DNA of 64,000 bases from Myxococcota bacterium (GCA_036012755.1 DASCPX010000047.1:32001-96000), one strand, 5' to 3'; numbered from the stretch's first letter, positions 48,041 through 57,903 are shown. Numbers and translations are program-made. The notes: generated by a model from the letters alone, not told the origin.

Positions 48041-50116
48041 ATGGACCTCTTCGATCGCATACGCAAGGACAGTGACGTCCTGCTCGCCGTCGGCGGCTTC
48101 TGCCTGCTCGCGATCATGGTGGTCCCCATCCCGCCGTTCGCGCTCGATCTGCTCATCGCCGTGAGCTTCAGCATCGCGATGCTGGTGCTGTTGACCGTGC
48201 TCTACGTGAAGCGTCCGCTGGACTTCTCGGTCTTCCCGACGCTGCTGTTGATCACGACGGTCTTCCGGCTCTCCCTGAACGTCGCCTCTACCCGCTTGAT
48301 CCTCCTGGGTGGATCCGACGGAGGTGCTGGCGCGGCCGGACGCATCATCGAGGCCATGGGCCAGTTCGTCGTCGGCGGCAACTACGCCGTGGGGCTGGTC
48401 GTGTTCGTGATCCTGGTGGTCATCAACTTCGTCGTGGTGACCAAGGGCGCCGGTCGCGTCGCCGAGGTCAGCGCGCGCTTCACCCTGGACGCCATGCCCG
48501 GCAAGCAGATGGCGATCGACGCCGAGCTCAACGCCGGCATGATCGACGAGAAGGAGGCGCGGACCCGCCGGGACGACATCTCGCGCGAGGCCGACTTCTA
48601 CGGCTCGATGGACGGCGCGAGCAAGTTCATCAAGGGTGACGCCATCGCCGGCATCGTCATCACGATCGTCAACGTCGTCGGGGGGATCTTCATCGGCGTC
48701 ATCCAGGGGGGCATGCCCCTGACCGAGGCGCTCGAGACCTACACGATCCTCACCATCGGCGACGGCCTGGTGGGCCAGATGCCGGCGCTCGTGATCTCCG
48801 CTGCGGCCGGAATGCTCGTGACGCGGGTCCCGGACGACAAGGACGAGAGCCTCGATGAGCAACTCGGTGGGCAGCTCCTCGGGTCGCCTCGCGTGCTCGC
48901 TGTCCTCGCCGTCTCCCTGGGTGGCTTCGCCCTGGTGCCGGGGCTGCGCATCCCCTTCGCGCTGGTCGCCCTGGCCGTCGGCGCGATGGCCTGGCAGCTC
49001 CGCAAGCGCTCCGGGGACAAGGGTGATGCCGACGCCGAAGCCGCTGCCGTCGAGCGCAGGCCGCTTGGGCCAGAGGACCTCCTCCCCATCGAGCCCCTCG
49101 CCATCGAGGTCGGGGTCGACCTGCTGTACCTGGTCGACGACACCCGAGGAGGGGACCTGGTCGAGCGCATCCAGCGCATCCGGAACCAGTTCGCCCAGGA
49201 CCTCGGCGTCGTGCTGCCCCCGGTGAACCTGCGCGACGACATGCGGCTCGGCGGCACCGAGTACGTGATCCTCATCCGCGGCGAGGAGATCGGGCGAGGT
49301 GTGGTCCAGCCCCGCCAGCACCTCGCGATCGATCCTGGCGATGCCCAGCCCGGCATCCGCGGGGTCGAGGCCCAGGACCCGGTCTTCGGCTTGCCCGCCC
49401 TCTGGATTCCAGACAGCCAGGTCCTCAAGGCCCAGGCCCGCGGCTACACCGTCGTGGACGTGCCGACGGTGCTCACGACGCATCTCACCGAGCTCATGCA
49501 CCTCCACGCCCACGAGCTCTACGACATGCCCCAGCTGTGCAAGACCCTGGACCGGATCGCGGAGAAGTCTCCACAGCTGGTCGAGGACCTGGTCCCCGAC
49601 CCCCTGGGGCGGCAGGCTGTCCTGCGTGTCTTCCGCAATCTCCTGCGCGAGGGCATCAGCGTGCGCGACGTCCACACGGTGCTCGAGGCGCTCGGCGACT
49701 ACGCGCTGAAGACCAAGGCGCCGGACGTGCTCACCGAGTTCGTCCGCCAGCGCATGGCCCGACACATCACCAGGCGCTTCGCCGACGAGGATGGCGTCGT
49801 CCACTACCTCGCGCTGGCCTCTGACGCCGAGGACGCCATCTCCCGCGGCTTGCAGGGAGCAGACGGCGGCGCGATGAGCCTGGTCCTCGACCCCGCCCAC
49901 GTCCGTCTGCTCCTCGGGGCGATCCGTGAGCACACAGAGGGCTGGTCCGGAGCCGGTCACGTCGTGGTGCTCTGCCCGCCGCTGGCGCGTGGACCCTTCC
50001 GCCGGCTCGTGGAGAAGGTCGTCCCGCGGGTGGTCGTGCTGAGCCCAGCCGAGCTCGCCCCCGGCGTGAAGCTCGAGCGCGTCGCCGTCCTGTCGCTCGG
50101 GCGCGCAGCGAGCTGA
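48041..50116 (+). CDS. flhA: Flagellar export gate protein FlhA
   Basis: FPTLLL..LNVASTRLIL, RVAEVSARFTLDAMPGKQMAIDA, ADFYGSMDGASKFIKGDAIAG, GDGLV; heads the flagellar cluster. Confidence 0.95.
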   Translation: MDLFDRIRKDSDVLLAVGGFCLLAIMVVPIPPFALDLLIAVSFSIAMLVLLTVLYVKRPLDFSVFPTLLLITTVFRLSLNVASTRLILLGGSDGGAGAAGRIIEAMGQFVVGGNYAVGLVVFVILVVINFVVVTKGAGRVAEVSARFTLDAMPGKQMAIDAELNAGMIDEKEARTRRDDISREADFYGSMDGASKFIKGDAIAGIVITIVNVVGGIFIGVIQGGMPLTEALETYTILTIGDGLVGQMPALVISAAAGMLVTRVPDDKDESLDEQLGGQLLGSPRVLAVLAVSLGGFALVPGLRIPFALVALAVGAMAWQLRKRSGDKGDADAEAAAVERRPLGPEDLLPIEPLAIEVGVDLLYLVDDTRGGDLVERIQRIRNQFAQDLGVVLPPVNLRDDMRLGGTEYVILIRGEEIGRGVVQPRQHLAIDPGDAQPGIRGVEAQDPVFGLPALWIPDSQVLKAQARGYTVVDVPTVLTTHLTELMHLHAHELYDMPQLCKTLDRIAEKSPQLVEDLVPDPLGRQAVLRVFRNLLREGISVRDVHTVLEALGDYALKTKAPDVLTEFVRQRMARHITRRFADEDGVVHYLALASDAEDAISRGLQGADGGAMSLVLDPAHVRLLLGAIREHTEGWSGAGHVVVLCPPLARGPFRRLVEKVVPRVVVLSPAELAPGVKLERVAVLSLGRAAS

Positions 50117-50152
50117 TCCGGCCCCCTGGCCTGGTTTGATTCGCTGATTGGC

Positions 50153-50179
50153 TCAAGTTGCTGTCATAGCAGCCGATCC
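50153..50179 (+). promoter_or_regulatory. Sigma-28-like promoter of the fliA-flgF operon
   Basis: TCAA-N15-GCCGATCC. Confidence 0.65.
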
Positions 50180-50212
50180 GGGAGCACCACCCCCCTCTCG
50201 CATGGAGGAAGC

Positions 50213-51010
50213 GTGCTCCGCACCGCGACCGCGTATCAGCGCCAGGCAGACCAGGACGTCCGCCGGATCGACGGGTTGAACCGGCAGGAGACCTGCCTTC
50301 GCTACCAGGGCAAGGTCCTGCTGCTGGCTCGTCGTCTGTCCGAGCGGCTGCCGCCCGGATCGGAGGTTGGCCTGCAGGATCTCGTCAGCTACGGAGCGAT
50401 CGGCCTGCTGGAGGCCTTCGACCGCTACGACGGTGGCCGGAACATCCAGTTCTCGACCTACGCCGAGTACCGGATCCGCGGCGCCATGCTCGACGCACTG
50501 CGCAGCAACGACACCTTCTCCCGGCGTCGCCGGCAGCTCGCTCGTCGCATCGAGCGGGTCACCGACGAGGTCCGCCGTGTCCAGGGCCGTGAGCCGGAAC
50601 CTCGCGAGATCGCACACGCCCTGGAGATCACGCTCGATGAATACTGGGGTGCCGTGGACCGCGTGTCCCCGATCTCCCTGCTGTCGATCGACGGAGCCGC
50701 GACCGACGCCGACGAGGAGAACCGCACGCTGCTGGAGCAGATCGAGAATCCCGGGAGCCCGCTCCCCGACAGGGATCTGGACGTCGCGGACCTCCGCCGT
50801 CAGCTCAAGGACGCGGTCCGGGCCCTCCCCGAGCGGGAGCGCCACTGCGTGCTGATGTACTACGGCAAGGAGCTGAGCCTCGCTGAGATCGGCCAGGTCT
50901 ACGACGTGACGCCGAGCCGCATCTCCCAGATCCTCACGGCGGCCAGGGGGCGGCTCAAGAGGAAGCTCCTCGGCAAGATCAACACGAACGATCTCGAGCT
51001 GTTGCGATGA
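50213..51010 (+). CDS. fliA: Flagellar sigma factor FliA (sigma-28)
   Basis: DLVSYGAIGLLEA, FSTYAEYRIRGAMLDALR, LPERER..YY..ELSLAEIG..VTPSRISQI; GGAGG SD. Confidence 0.95.
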   Translation: MLRTATAYQRQADQDVRRIDGLNRQETCLRYQGKVLLLARRLSERLPPGSEVGLQDLVSYGAIGLLEAFDRYDGGRNIQFSTYAEYRIRGAMLDALRSNDTFSRRRRQLARRIERVTDEVRRVQGREPEPREIAHALEITLDEYWGAVDRVSPISLLSIDGAATDADEENRTLLEQIENPGSPLPDRDLDVADLRRQLKDAVRALPERERHCVLMYYGKELSLAEIGQVYDVTPSRISQILTAARGRLKRKLLGKINTNDLELLR

Positions 51011-51705
51011 GCAGGGATGTCTACACCGCGATGTCGGGGGCCCAGGCGACCTGGAAGGAGCTGGAGATCCTCGCCAACAACGTCGCGAACGTGAACACGA
51101 CGGGCTACCGAGCCGGTCGCGTCGCCTTCTCGGTCACCGGTGAGGGGGAGGGTCCCCTCGGCCAGACGACCACGACGCTCGACGGTGTGGCGCTCTCCAG
51201 GAGCCAGGGCTCGCTGAAGGCATCGAACGATCCCAGCCACATGGCGATAAACGGCGAGGGCTTCTTCACGGTCGCCGCCGGCGACGAGACGCTTCTGACT
51301 CGCGACGGCCGCTTCGCCGTCGACAACAGCGGACGCCTCGTCGACCAGAGCGGAAACGCCGTCCTGGGCGAGGGCGGCCCCATCCAGCTGGAGGTCGGCG
51401 AGAGCTTCGCCGTCAGCAAGGACGGGGTCATCGTCGGCAGCACCTCCGGAGAGGTCGGGCGACTCCGCGTCGCGCTCGCAGACGAGGTCACGCCGGCTGG
51501 TGGAAACCACTACCGGGCCATCGGGGAGCTCCGGAACGCCGTCGACTACGGCGTCGTCCAGGGCCAGCTCGAAGGCTCCAACACAGACCCCATGCGCAGC
51601 ATGGTCGAGCTGGTAGAGGCCTCTCGCTACTTCGAGGCCTGCCAGAAGGCCATCCAGGCCTCCGATGAGCTCGACCAACGCGCCAACCGAAGCGGAGGCC
51701 GCTGA
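51007..51705 (+). CDS. flgF: Flagellar basal-body rod protein FlgF
   Basis: LANNVANVNTTGY, AINGEGFF, TRDGRF, LEGSN; precedes flgG. Confidence 0.85.
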   Translation: MSRDVYTAMSGAQATWKELEILANNVANVNTTGYRAGRVAFSVTGEGEGPLGQTTTTLDGVALSRSQGSLKASNDPSHMAINGEGFFTVAAGDETLLTRDGRFAVDNSGRLVDQSGNAVLGEGGPIQLEVGESFAVSKDGVIVGSTSGEVGRLRVALADEVTPAGGNHYRAIGELRNAVDYGVVQGQLEGSNTDPMRSMVELVEASRYFEACQKAIQASDELDQRANRSGGR

Positions 51706-52466
51706 TGAAAGCGCTCTACACGGCCGCGACGGGCATGAACGCCCAGCAGACGCGGCTCGACAACATCGCCAACAACCTCGCGAACGTGAACACGACCGCC
51801 TACAAGAAGCAGTCGGCTGCCTTCGAGGACCTCTTCTACGAGGAGGTCGAGGCCACCGGCGGCGACGAGTCGCAGATGGTCCAGGTCGGTGGCGGTGTCA
51901 AGCTCGCCAGCACCAACCGGGACTTCACAGGCGGAGCCCTCGTCAAGACCTCCAGCTCGCTGGACTTCGCGATCGAGGGAGAGGGCTTCTTCGTCCTCGA
52001 GACCGTGGAGGGTGAGCCCCGCTACACCCGCGACGGGAGCTTCCGCACCGACAGTGACGGGCTCCTCGTCAACAGCGCTGGCCTTCGACTCTCCGGCGAC
52101 ATCAGCCTCCCGGACGAGCACAACGGCATCGTCCTGTTGGAGGACGGGACGCTCACGGCCCTGTCGATCGACGGCTCGGGCGAGGAGATCCTCGGCCAGT
52201 TGGAGCTCGCACGCTTCACGAACCCCGGGGGCCTCGACGCCCTCGGCGGCAACCTCTACATGCAGTCGGCGGCATCCGGCGAGCCCTTGTCGCTCGAGCT
52301 CGGATCCACCACGACTGTCCGTCAGTACTACCTCGAGGGCTCGAACGTGGACATCGCGTCCGAGCTCATCGGGATGATCGAGGCGCAGCGCGCCTACGAA
52401 CTCACCTCCAAGGTCGTGCAAGCGGCCGACGAGAACCTCCAGACCGCCGTCAACCTGAAGCGCTGA
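51705..52466 (+). CDS. flgG: Flagellar basal-body rod protein FlgG
   Basis: ALYTAATGMNAQQ..IANNLANVNT..FEDLFY; YTRDGSF; LEGSNV..MIEAQRAYE. Confidence 0.95.
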   Translation: MKALYTAATGMNAQQTRLDNIANNLANVNTTAYKKQSAAFEDLFYEEVEATGGDESQMVQVGGGVKLASTNRDFTGGALVKTSSSLDFAIEGEGFFVLETVEGEPRYTRDGSFRTDSDGLLVNSAGLRLSGDISLPDEHNGIVLLEDGTLTALSIDGSGEEILGQLELARFTNPGGLDALGGNLYMQSAASGEPLSLELGSTTTVRQYYLEGSNVDIASELIGMIEAQRAYELTSKVVQAADENLQTAVNLKR

Positions 52467-52470
52467 ACTC

Positions 52471-53088
52471 GTGCTGTTCGCCCTCGCCAACGTCGCCCTC
52501 GCCAACCAGTCCCAGGTCGAAGAAGCCCTGGCTCGCTGGGCCGCAGAGGAGTGCGACGCGGTGCAGGTCGAAGTGCATTGGCTCGGGCTGTCAGACCCGG
52601 TGGAGCTGGATCCCGAGGCACGGTTCGTCTTCGAAGGCGAACCCTGTCGCAGGAGCCCGGCGGTGAAGCTCCGCGTCGCGGAGCCCGGCAAGGAGCCCTG
52701 GTCCGTCACCATGCGTCCACAGCTGGAGCTGTGGGTTGAAGCGCCGGTGGCCACGGAGACCGCTTCTGCTGGTGATATCGTTCGGACTCGAAGCGGGATC
52801 GTGGAGCTCATGGAGGTTCGGGGCGACCCCCTCGAAGGGGAGCTCCTGGCTCGCACCCGCATCGAAGCGGGGGAGCCCGTCACGACCTACACGGCCCGCG
52901 CGCTCCCCGACGCCCGTCGCGGAGCAGAGGTCACGGTCGTGGCACAGCGAGGTTCCCTGCGCGTGAGCGCTCCCGGGCGCCTCTCAGAGGACGGCGTGGT
53001 TGGCGCGCAGGTCCGCGTGGTCAACCAGGTCACGGCGGCGACCCTCGAAGGGATCCTCGTCGATGCGGAGACTGTCGAGATCAACTGA
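52471..53088 (+). CDS. flgA: Flagellar P-ring chaperone FlgA
   Basis: Position flgG-X-flgH; SAF-like C-terminus RRGAEVTV..GSLRVSAPG..DGVVGAQVRVVN. Confidence 0.8.
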   Translation: MLFALANVALANQSQVEEALARWAAEECDAVQVEVHWLGLSDPVELDPEARFVFEGEPCRRSPAVKLRVAEPGKEPWSVTMRPQLELWVEAPVATETASAGDIVRTRSGIVELMEVRGDPLEGELLARTRIEAGEPVTTYTARALPDARRGAEVTVVAQRGSLRVSAPGRLSEDGVVGAQVRVVNQVTAATLEGILVDAETVEIN

Positions 53089-53115
53089 ACGATAATCGGT
53101 ATATGGAGTGATGTG

Positions 53116-53757
53116 ATGCTTCTCTTGATGCTCGGAGCGGCCCTCGCGGGGCCGCCGGAGCCGCCTGCGCCTTCTGGCGTGGCCTATGTCGAGCCGACCG
53201 AGCTCACGGCGGATCAGATCCGCCGGAACCTCGGCGTCGACTACGGCACGCGAGAGCTGGGAAGCCTCGTCGTGGTCACGATCGACGAGGCCACGTCGGC
53301 CTCTCTCGGCGCTACGACCAACACCTCTCGGGCGAGCACGGCGGACGCCAGGATCACCGGCTTCTTCGGGCTCGTCACCCAGGCGATCTCGGCCAACCCG
53401 TCGATGAACTTCGAGGACAGCATCGGGCTCGGCGGGTCCAGTGACGCGGACTTCGCCGGGGCCGGAGACACAGCCCGTTCCTCGGCGATCGTCGCGGTGG
53501 TGAGCTGCGAAGTCATCGAGATCGCAGAGAACGGGAACCTCCATGTCTGGGGCTACAAGATGATCACAGCCAACAACGAGACGGAGTACCTGACCGTCGA
53601 CGGCTGGGTCCGCCCGCGTGACATCAGCATCGAGAACGCCGTCGCGTCCCAGCGCCTGGCCCGCGCGAGCATCGAGCTCAAGGGTGACGGCGTTCTGGAC
53701 GACAAGCAGAGTCCGGGGCTCGGTACGCGCCTCATGGACCACGCCTGGCCCTTCTAG
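53116..53757 (+). CDS. flgH: Flagellar L-ring protein FlgH (no lipobox Cys)
   Basis: GSLVVVTIDE, ENGNLHVWGYK, VDGWVRPRDI..NAVASQRLA, C-terminal WPF. Confidence 0.9.
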   Translation: MLLLMLGAALAGPPEPPAPSGVAYVEPTELTADQIRRNLGVDYGTRELGSLVVVTIDEATSASLGATTNTSRASTADARITGFFGLVTQAISANPSMNFEDSIGLGGSSDADFAGAGDTARSSAIVAVVSCEVIEIAENGNLHVWGYKMITANNETEYLTVDGWVRPRDISIENAVASQRLARASIELKGDGVLDDKQSPGLGTRLMDHAWPF

Positions 53758-53766
53758 GAGAGAGAC

Positions 53767-54837
53767 GTGTTGCTCGCCCTGCTCATTGCCTCCACCGACG
53801 CCCAGGCAGAGGTCCGCGCAAAGGACGTCGGCCACTTCGCCCACATGGAGGAGCGGGTGGTCCGCGGCTACGGCGTCGTGACCGGGCTCGCCCGCACCGG
53901 CGACTCCACCAAGAACGTCGCGGCGAGCCAGATCCTCGTCCAGCAAGCCAACGTGCAGGGCTACAATACCGACGGGCTGACCTCGAGGAACATCGCCCTG
54001 GTCGAGGTCCAGGCCATCGTCCCCTCGGATGCCCGCAAGGGGGCCAAGGTCGACATCACCGTGTCCTCGCTGGGGGACGCCACCTCGCTGATGGGCGGCC
54101 AGCTCGGCGTGACGATGCTCAACGACCTCGCCGGGAACCTGATGGCGACCGCGCAGGGCGCGCTGACCGTCGGGGGCTACTCCTCCAGCGGGGGCGGGGA
54201 CTCCAGCACCAAGAACCACACGACCGTGGCCTACGTCGCCGACGGCGGCATGCTGGTCGCCGACGCCGTGAGCTCCAATCTCACCGACAGGACCCTCGTC
54301 GAGTACGTGCTCTCCGAGCCCGACTGGACGACCGTGGCGAACCTGGCCGACAGCATCAACGAGAGCTTCGGCGAAGAGGTCGCGATCCCGGTGTCGTCCT
54401 CGACGGTCGAGATCCTCATCCCAGAGGACTACAGCGGGCGCTTCCCATGGTTCGCCGCGAAGGTAGAGGCTGTGATGCTCGAGGTCGACCACCCCGCGGT
54501 CGTGATCGTCAACGAGCGGACCGGCACTGTCGTCATGGGGGCCGGGGTCCGCATCGACGACGTCGCCATCGCCCACGGCGGACTCACGATCGAGGTCGAC
54601 AACAGGGTGGAGGTCGTCCAGCCCGAGCTCCTGAGCTTCGGCACGACGGCGGTCGTCGCGAACGGAGCGATCGAGGTCCGAGAGGCCGACGGCGAGCTCA
54701 ACGTCGTCGGCGGCACGACCATCGGCGACCTCGTCGGTGCGCTCAACGCCATGGGCGTCAAGCCCCGCGATCTCATCGTCATCCTGCAGATGATCGAGGC
54801 CTCGGGCTCGCTGCACGCCGAGCTGCAGGTCAAGTGA
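53767..54837 (+). CDS. flgI: Flagellar P-ring protein FlgI
   Basis: GYGVVTGLARTGD, VSSLGDATSLMGG, NERTGTVV, AHGGL, LNAMGVKPRDLI..GSLHAEL. Confidence 0.95.
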   Translation: MLLALLIASTDAQAEVRAKDVGHFAHMEERVVRGYGVVTGLARTGDSTKNVAASQILVQQANVQGYNTDGLTSRNIALVEVQAIVPSDARKGAKVDITVSSLGDATSLMGGQLGVTMLNDLAGNLMATAQGALTVGGYSSSGGGDSSTKNHTTVAYVADGGMLVADAVSSNLTDRTLVEYVLSEPDWTTVANLADSINESFGEEVAIPVSSSTVEILIPEDYSGRFPWFAAKVEAVMLEVDHPAVVIVNERTGTVVMGAGVRIDDVAIAHGGLTIEVDNRVEVVQPELLSFGTTAVVANGAIEVREADGELNVVGGTTIGDLVGALNAMGVKPRDLIVILQMIEASGSLHAELQVK

Positions 54838-55445
54838 GCGACGTCGGCGCCGGCGCCCAGCTGGAGGCACAGTTCGTCCAGCTGGTGATGAAGGAGTTCC
54901 GCAAGGCCCTCCCGAAGGAGCTCGCCGGCGGAAAGGCGGGGGAGATGTTCTCCGAGCTCTTCGACCAGGAGATCGCCAAGCGGCTGGTCGAGGGCGGCCA
55001 GCTCGGCATCGCCGAGGTCATCGACGCCCAGCTCGCTCGTGACGGCGAGGTCCAGAGCCCCATCGAGGGCGGCCTCCGCGCCACGAGCCAGTACGGCTGG
55101 CGGCGCCACCCGGTCCTCGGCGAGATGGTCCACCACGATGGCCTCGACCTGCACGCCGAGCGCGGTACGCCGATCCGGCCGGTGCGTCCGGGGACAGTCG
55201 TCTTCGCGGGAGCAGAGGGCGGCTACGGCAACCTCGTGGTCGTGGAGCACGAAGACGGAAGCACGTCGCGCTACGCTCACTGCGAGGCCCTGTTGGTCTC
55301 CGAGGGGCAAGACGTCCGCTTCGGTGACACCCTCGCCACGGTCGGCCAGACGGGCACGGCCACCGGCCCGCACCTCCACCTCGAGCTGCGCGGCGCCGAC
55401 GGGCGCTCGATCGACCCGGGTCCGGTCCTCGGCCTCGAACAATAG
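54834..55445 (+). CDS. flgJ: FlgJ rod-binding domain fused to M23 endopeptidase
   Basis: LEAQFVQLVMKEFRKA..FDQEIA (rod-binding); HDGLD, GYGN, YAH, TGPHLHLE (M23 zinc motifs). Confidence 0.8.
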   Translation: MSDVGAGAQLEAQFVQLVMKEFRKALPKELAGGKAGEMFSELFDQEIAKRLVEGGQLGIAEVIDAQLARDGEVQSPIEGGLRATSQYGWRRHPVLGEMVHHDGLDLHAERGTPIRPVRPGTVVFAGAEGGYGNLVVVEHEDGSTSRYAHCEALLVSEGQDVRFGDTLATVGQTGTATGPHLHLELRGADGRSIDPGPVLGLEQ

Positions 55446-55448
55446 GGC

Positions 55449-55475
55449 TAAAGCCCCGGATCGCCGGTCCGATGA
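55449..55475 (+). promoter_or_regulatory. Sigma-28 promoter of flgM-flgN-flgK
   Basis: TAAA-N15-TCCGATGA. Confidence 0.8.
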
Positions 55476-55513
55476 GGGGGCACTGCTCTCTGCGCAGTCT
55501 CTCAGAGGACACC

Positions 55514-55795
55514 ATGAAGATCACCGGCAACACCCCGATCAACGCCGTCCACGGCCCCCAGGGAGCCGCCCGGGCCCGCGGGACGACCCGCGCCGAGGGC
55601 TCCGGCCCTGCCGCGCAGGTCCAGCTGTCTGCGGACGCCTCCTGGATCTCTGCCTTGCGTGACGAGGTTGGGGCCGCGGAGACCGGCATCAGGACAGACG
55701 TGGTCGAGGAGACCAGGAACCAGCTGCGGGCGGGCACGCTCGACGCCGACGTCGACCTCGGGGCCGTGATCGACAGCCTGTTGGCCGAGCTGTGA
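55514..55795 (+). CDS. flgM: Anti-sigma-28 factor FlgM
   Basis: VQLS..IRTDVVEETRNQLRAGT; canonical position after flgJ. Confidence 0.8.
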   Translation: MKITGNTPINAVHGPQGAARARGTTRAEGSGPAAQVQLSADASWISALRDEVGAAETGIRTDVVEETRNQLRAGTLDADVDLGAVIDSLLAEL

Positions 55796-56112
55796 CGGAC
55801 GAACGCCTCCGGTTGCTGCGCGAGCTGCTGGCCCTGACCCGGGAGCAGGTCGAGGCGGCGCGCCAGCTGGACGGTGCTCACCTGGCGGAGCTGAACACCT
55901 TGCGGGCCGATCGCAGCTTCGAGCTCCAGGTCGCGCTGCAGGAGGGCGTGCCAGAGGAGCTCCGCGCCGAGATCGCTGCGGACGCAGCCACCCTGCGCAT
56001 GCTGGAGATCCGGCTCGAACGCATCGCTGGCTCCGTCGTGAACATCCTCGACGCGGCGCGTCCGGCTCCGCGGACCCGCACATACGGGCGTCGTGGTCGG
56101 ATGGCGGGCTGA
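55792..56112 (+). CDS. flgN: FlgN-like export chaperone
   Basis: Helical 106 aa between flgM and flgK; C-terminal TYGRRG. Confidence 0.7.
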   Translation: MTDERLRLLRELLALTREQVEAARQLDGAHLAELNTLRADRSFELQVALQEGVPEELRAEIAADAATLRMLEIRLERIAGSVVNILDAARPAPRTRTYGRRGRMAG

Positions 56113-56115
56113 CCC

Positions 56116-57492
56116 ATGGGTGTCAGCTCTGCCCTGGACTCTGCGCGAAGCGGCCTGTCAGCGGCCAGCCTGGCGATCGAGACGACCTCCAACAACGTCG
56201 CGAACGCCGCGACCGAGGGCTACTCCCGCCAGTCGGTCGACCTGGCGAACAACGACCCGGTCCGCATCAGCGGCGTGCAGCTCGGCACGGGGGTGGTGGC
56301 CGAGAGCATCGATCGCGCCTCGGATCGGTTCCTCACCAGCCAGATCGTGGAGGAGGCCGGGAGCGCCTCGTCAGCGGAGACCCTCCGGGACGTGCTGGTC
56401 CTGGCGGAGTCATGGCTCGCCGACTCCGAGGTCGAGGGGCTGACCTCTCGCCTCCAGGGGGTCTTCGACTCGATGCAGGCGGCCACGGCCGATCCGGGGG
56501 ACGCGACCTACCGGAGCTCTGTCGCCAACGCGGCGGACAGCTTCGCGACCAGCTTCCAGCGGACCGCGACGGCGCTGAGCGACTTGATCAAGGACGTCGA
56601 GGACAAGCTCGACACCATGGTGGAGGGCACGAACTCCCTGCTGGAACAGGTGGCGGGGCTGAACCAACGCATCGTCGCCTCAGACGGAGCGGCGGATCTC
56701 CTGGACCAGCGGGATCGCCTGCTGGCCGAGATCGCCGAGGTGATCGGCACCACCGCGAGGATCAACACGGACGGCTCGGCCACCGTGATGCTGGGCGGGC
56801 ACGCCCTCGTCAGCGGGGTGGAGAGTCGGAGCCTGGAGGTCGGCGAGGACGACGACGGCGACCTGGTGGTGACGATGACGGCAGGAAACGCCGGCATCAA
56901 CGTCGGCGACGAGCTCGGCGGCAGCGTCGGCGGAAACGTCCGGGGTGTCGAGGACATAGAGGACTACCTGGAGCGGCTCGACGATCTCGCCGAGGAGCTC
57001 GCGGACGCCTTCAACGATGTCCACGCCGCGGGCTACGACCGGGACGGGAACGCCGGCGCGGACTTCTTCGAGGTCACCGCCAGCGACGGTCACAGCGCAA
57101 TGGGGTTCACCTTCAACGCCTCGCTGCTCGACGACCCGACGCTGCTGGCCTTCGCCGCGGACTCCAGCGCGAACATCGGGGACGGCGGCAACCTCGAGGA
57201 TCTGCTGGCCATCGAGACCTCGGACGTCTTCGTCGACGACTCGACGACCGCTGAGAAGGCGCTGTTGTCGCTGCTGTCGGATGTCGGAGCGGACGTGGTC
57301 GCCGCGACCACTGACGCGGACCACGCCTCGGCGATCCTCGCTGACCTGCAGGGTCTGCGGGACGCCATCGCCGGGGTCGACCTCGACGAAGAGGCAATCA
57401 ACCTGATCAAGTTCCAGGCCGCCTACCAGGCCGCCGCCAAGGTCATCCGCGCGACGGACACGATGCTCCAGAACCTGATGGACATCGTCTGA
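56116..57492 (+). CDS. flgK: Hook-associated protein FlgK
   Basis: SNNVANAATEGYSRQ, GTGV, LLDQRD, GVDLDEEAINLIKFQAAYQAAAK. Confidence 0.95.
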   Translation: MGVSSALDSARSGLSAASLAIETTSNNVANAATEGYSRQSVDLANNDPVRISGVQLGTGVVAESIDRASDRFLTSQIVEEAGSASSAETLRDVLVLAESWLADSEVEGLTSRLQGVFDSMQAATADPGDATYRSSVANAADSFATSFQRTATALSDLIKDVEDKLDTMVEGTNSLLEQVAGLNQRIVASDGAADLLDQRDRLLAEIAEVIGTTARINTDGSATVMLGGHALVSGVESRSLEVGEDDDGDLVVTMTAGNAGINVGDELGGSVGGNVRGVEDIEDYLERLDDLAEELADAFNDVHAAGYDRDGNAGADFFEVTASDGHSAMGFTFNASLLDDPTLLAFAADSSANIGDGGNLEDLLAIETSDVFVDDSTTAEKALLSLLSDVGADVVAATTDADHASAILADLQGLRDAIAGVDLDEEAINLIKFQAAYQAAAKVIRATDTMLQNLMDIV

Positions 57493-57530
57493 GACTGGAT
57501 TGAGGCGGATCCCGTCGTTAGAACCGGCGG

Positions 57531-57886
57531 ATGAAAGAACAGAAAGTCCGGATCCTGATCCTCGATGACGAGGATCTCTCCGTCGGAGCCTCGGTCGCCT
57601 GCTTCGAAGGCAAGACGCCGTCGAGGTCGCCAGCGGCGAGGAGGTCCTGGACCTGCTGGCGGGGAGCTACTTCGACGGGATCCTCTGCGACCTGTTGATG
57701 CCGGCGATGGACGGGCTCGAGTTCTACGAGGCGCTCCGGCTGCGCGACCCCACCCAGGCCGCCCGGGTGGTCTTCTTGACGGGGAGCTCCGGACGGCCGG
57801 TCTCCGCGCTCCAGGGTGTTCGCGTGATCGACAAGCCGCCCGATCCTGAGACCCTGTACGAGCTGGTCGGGGACTGGAAGGGCTGA
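57531..57886 (+). pseudogene. Single-domain response regulator with a 1-nt frameshift near 57577
   Basis: MKEQKVRILILDDED in one frame, then ..VASGEEVLDLL..ILCDLLMPAMDG..FLTG..IDKP in another; adding one C in GATCTCTCCGT restores DDEDLLRRSLGRLL. Confidence 0.75.
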
Positions 57887-57903
57887 ACTCGGGCAGGATC
57901 TTG

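Noticed and set aside
47948..49960. N-terminal ~670 aa of the 1156-aa minus-strand ORF 46490..49960
   Set aside because: Antisense shadow of flhA; the real HDOD-GGDEF protein begins at ATG 47947 after a GGAG SD.
48041..50116. Injectisome SctV rather than FlhA
   Set aside because: Followed by fliA, rod, ring, hook-junction and flagellin genes.
53069..53095. Sigma-28 promoter before flgH (AACGATAA)
   Set aside because: No acceptable -35 element at 15-16 nt spacing.
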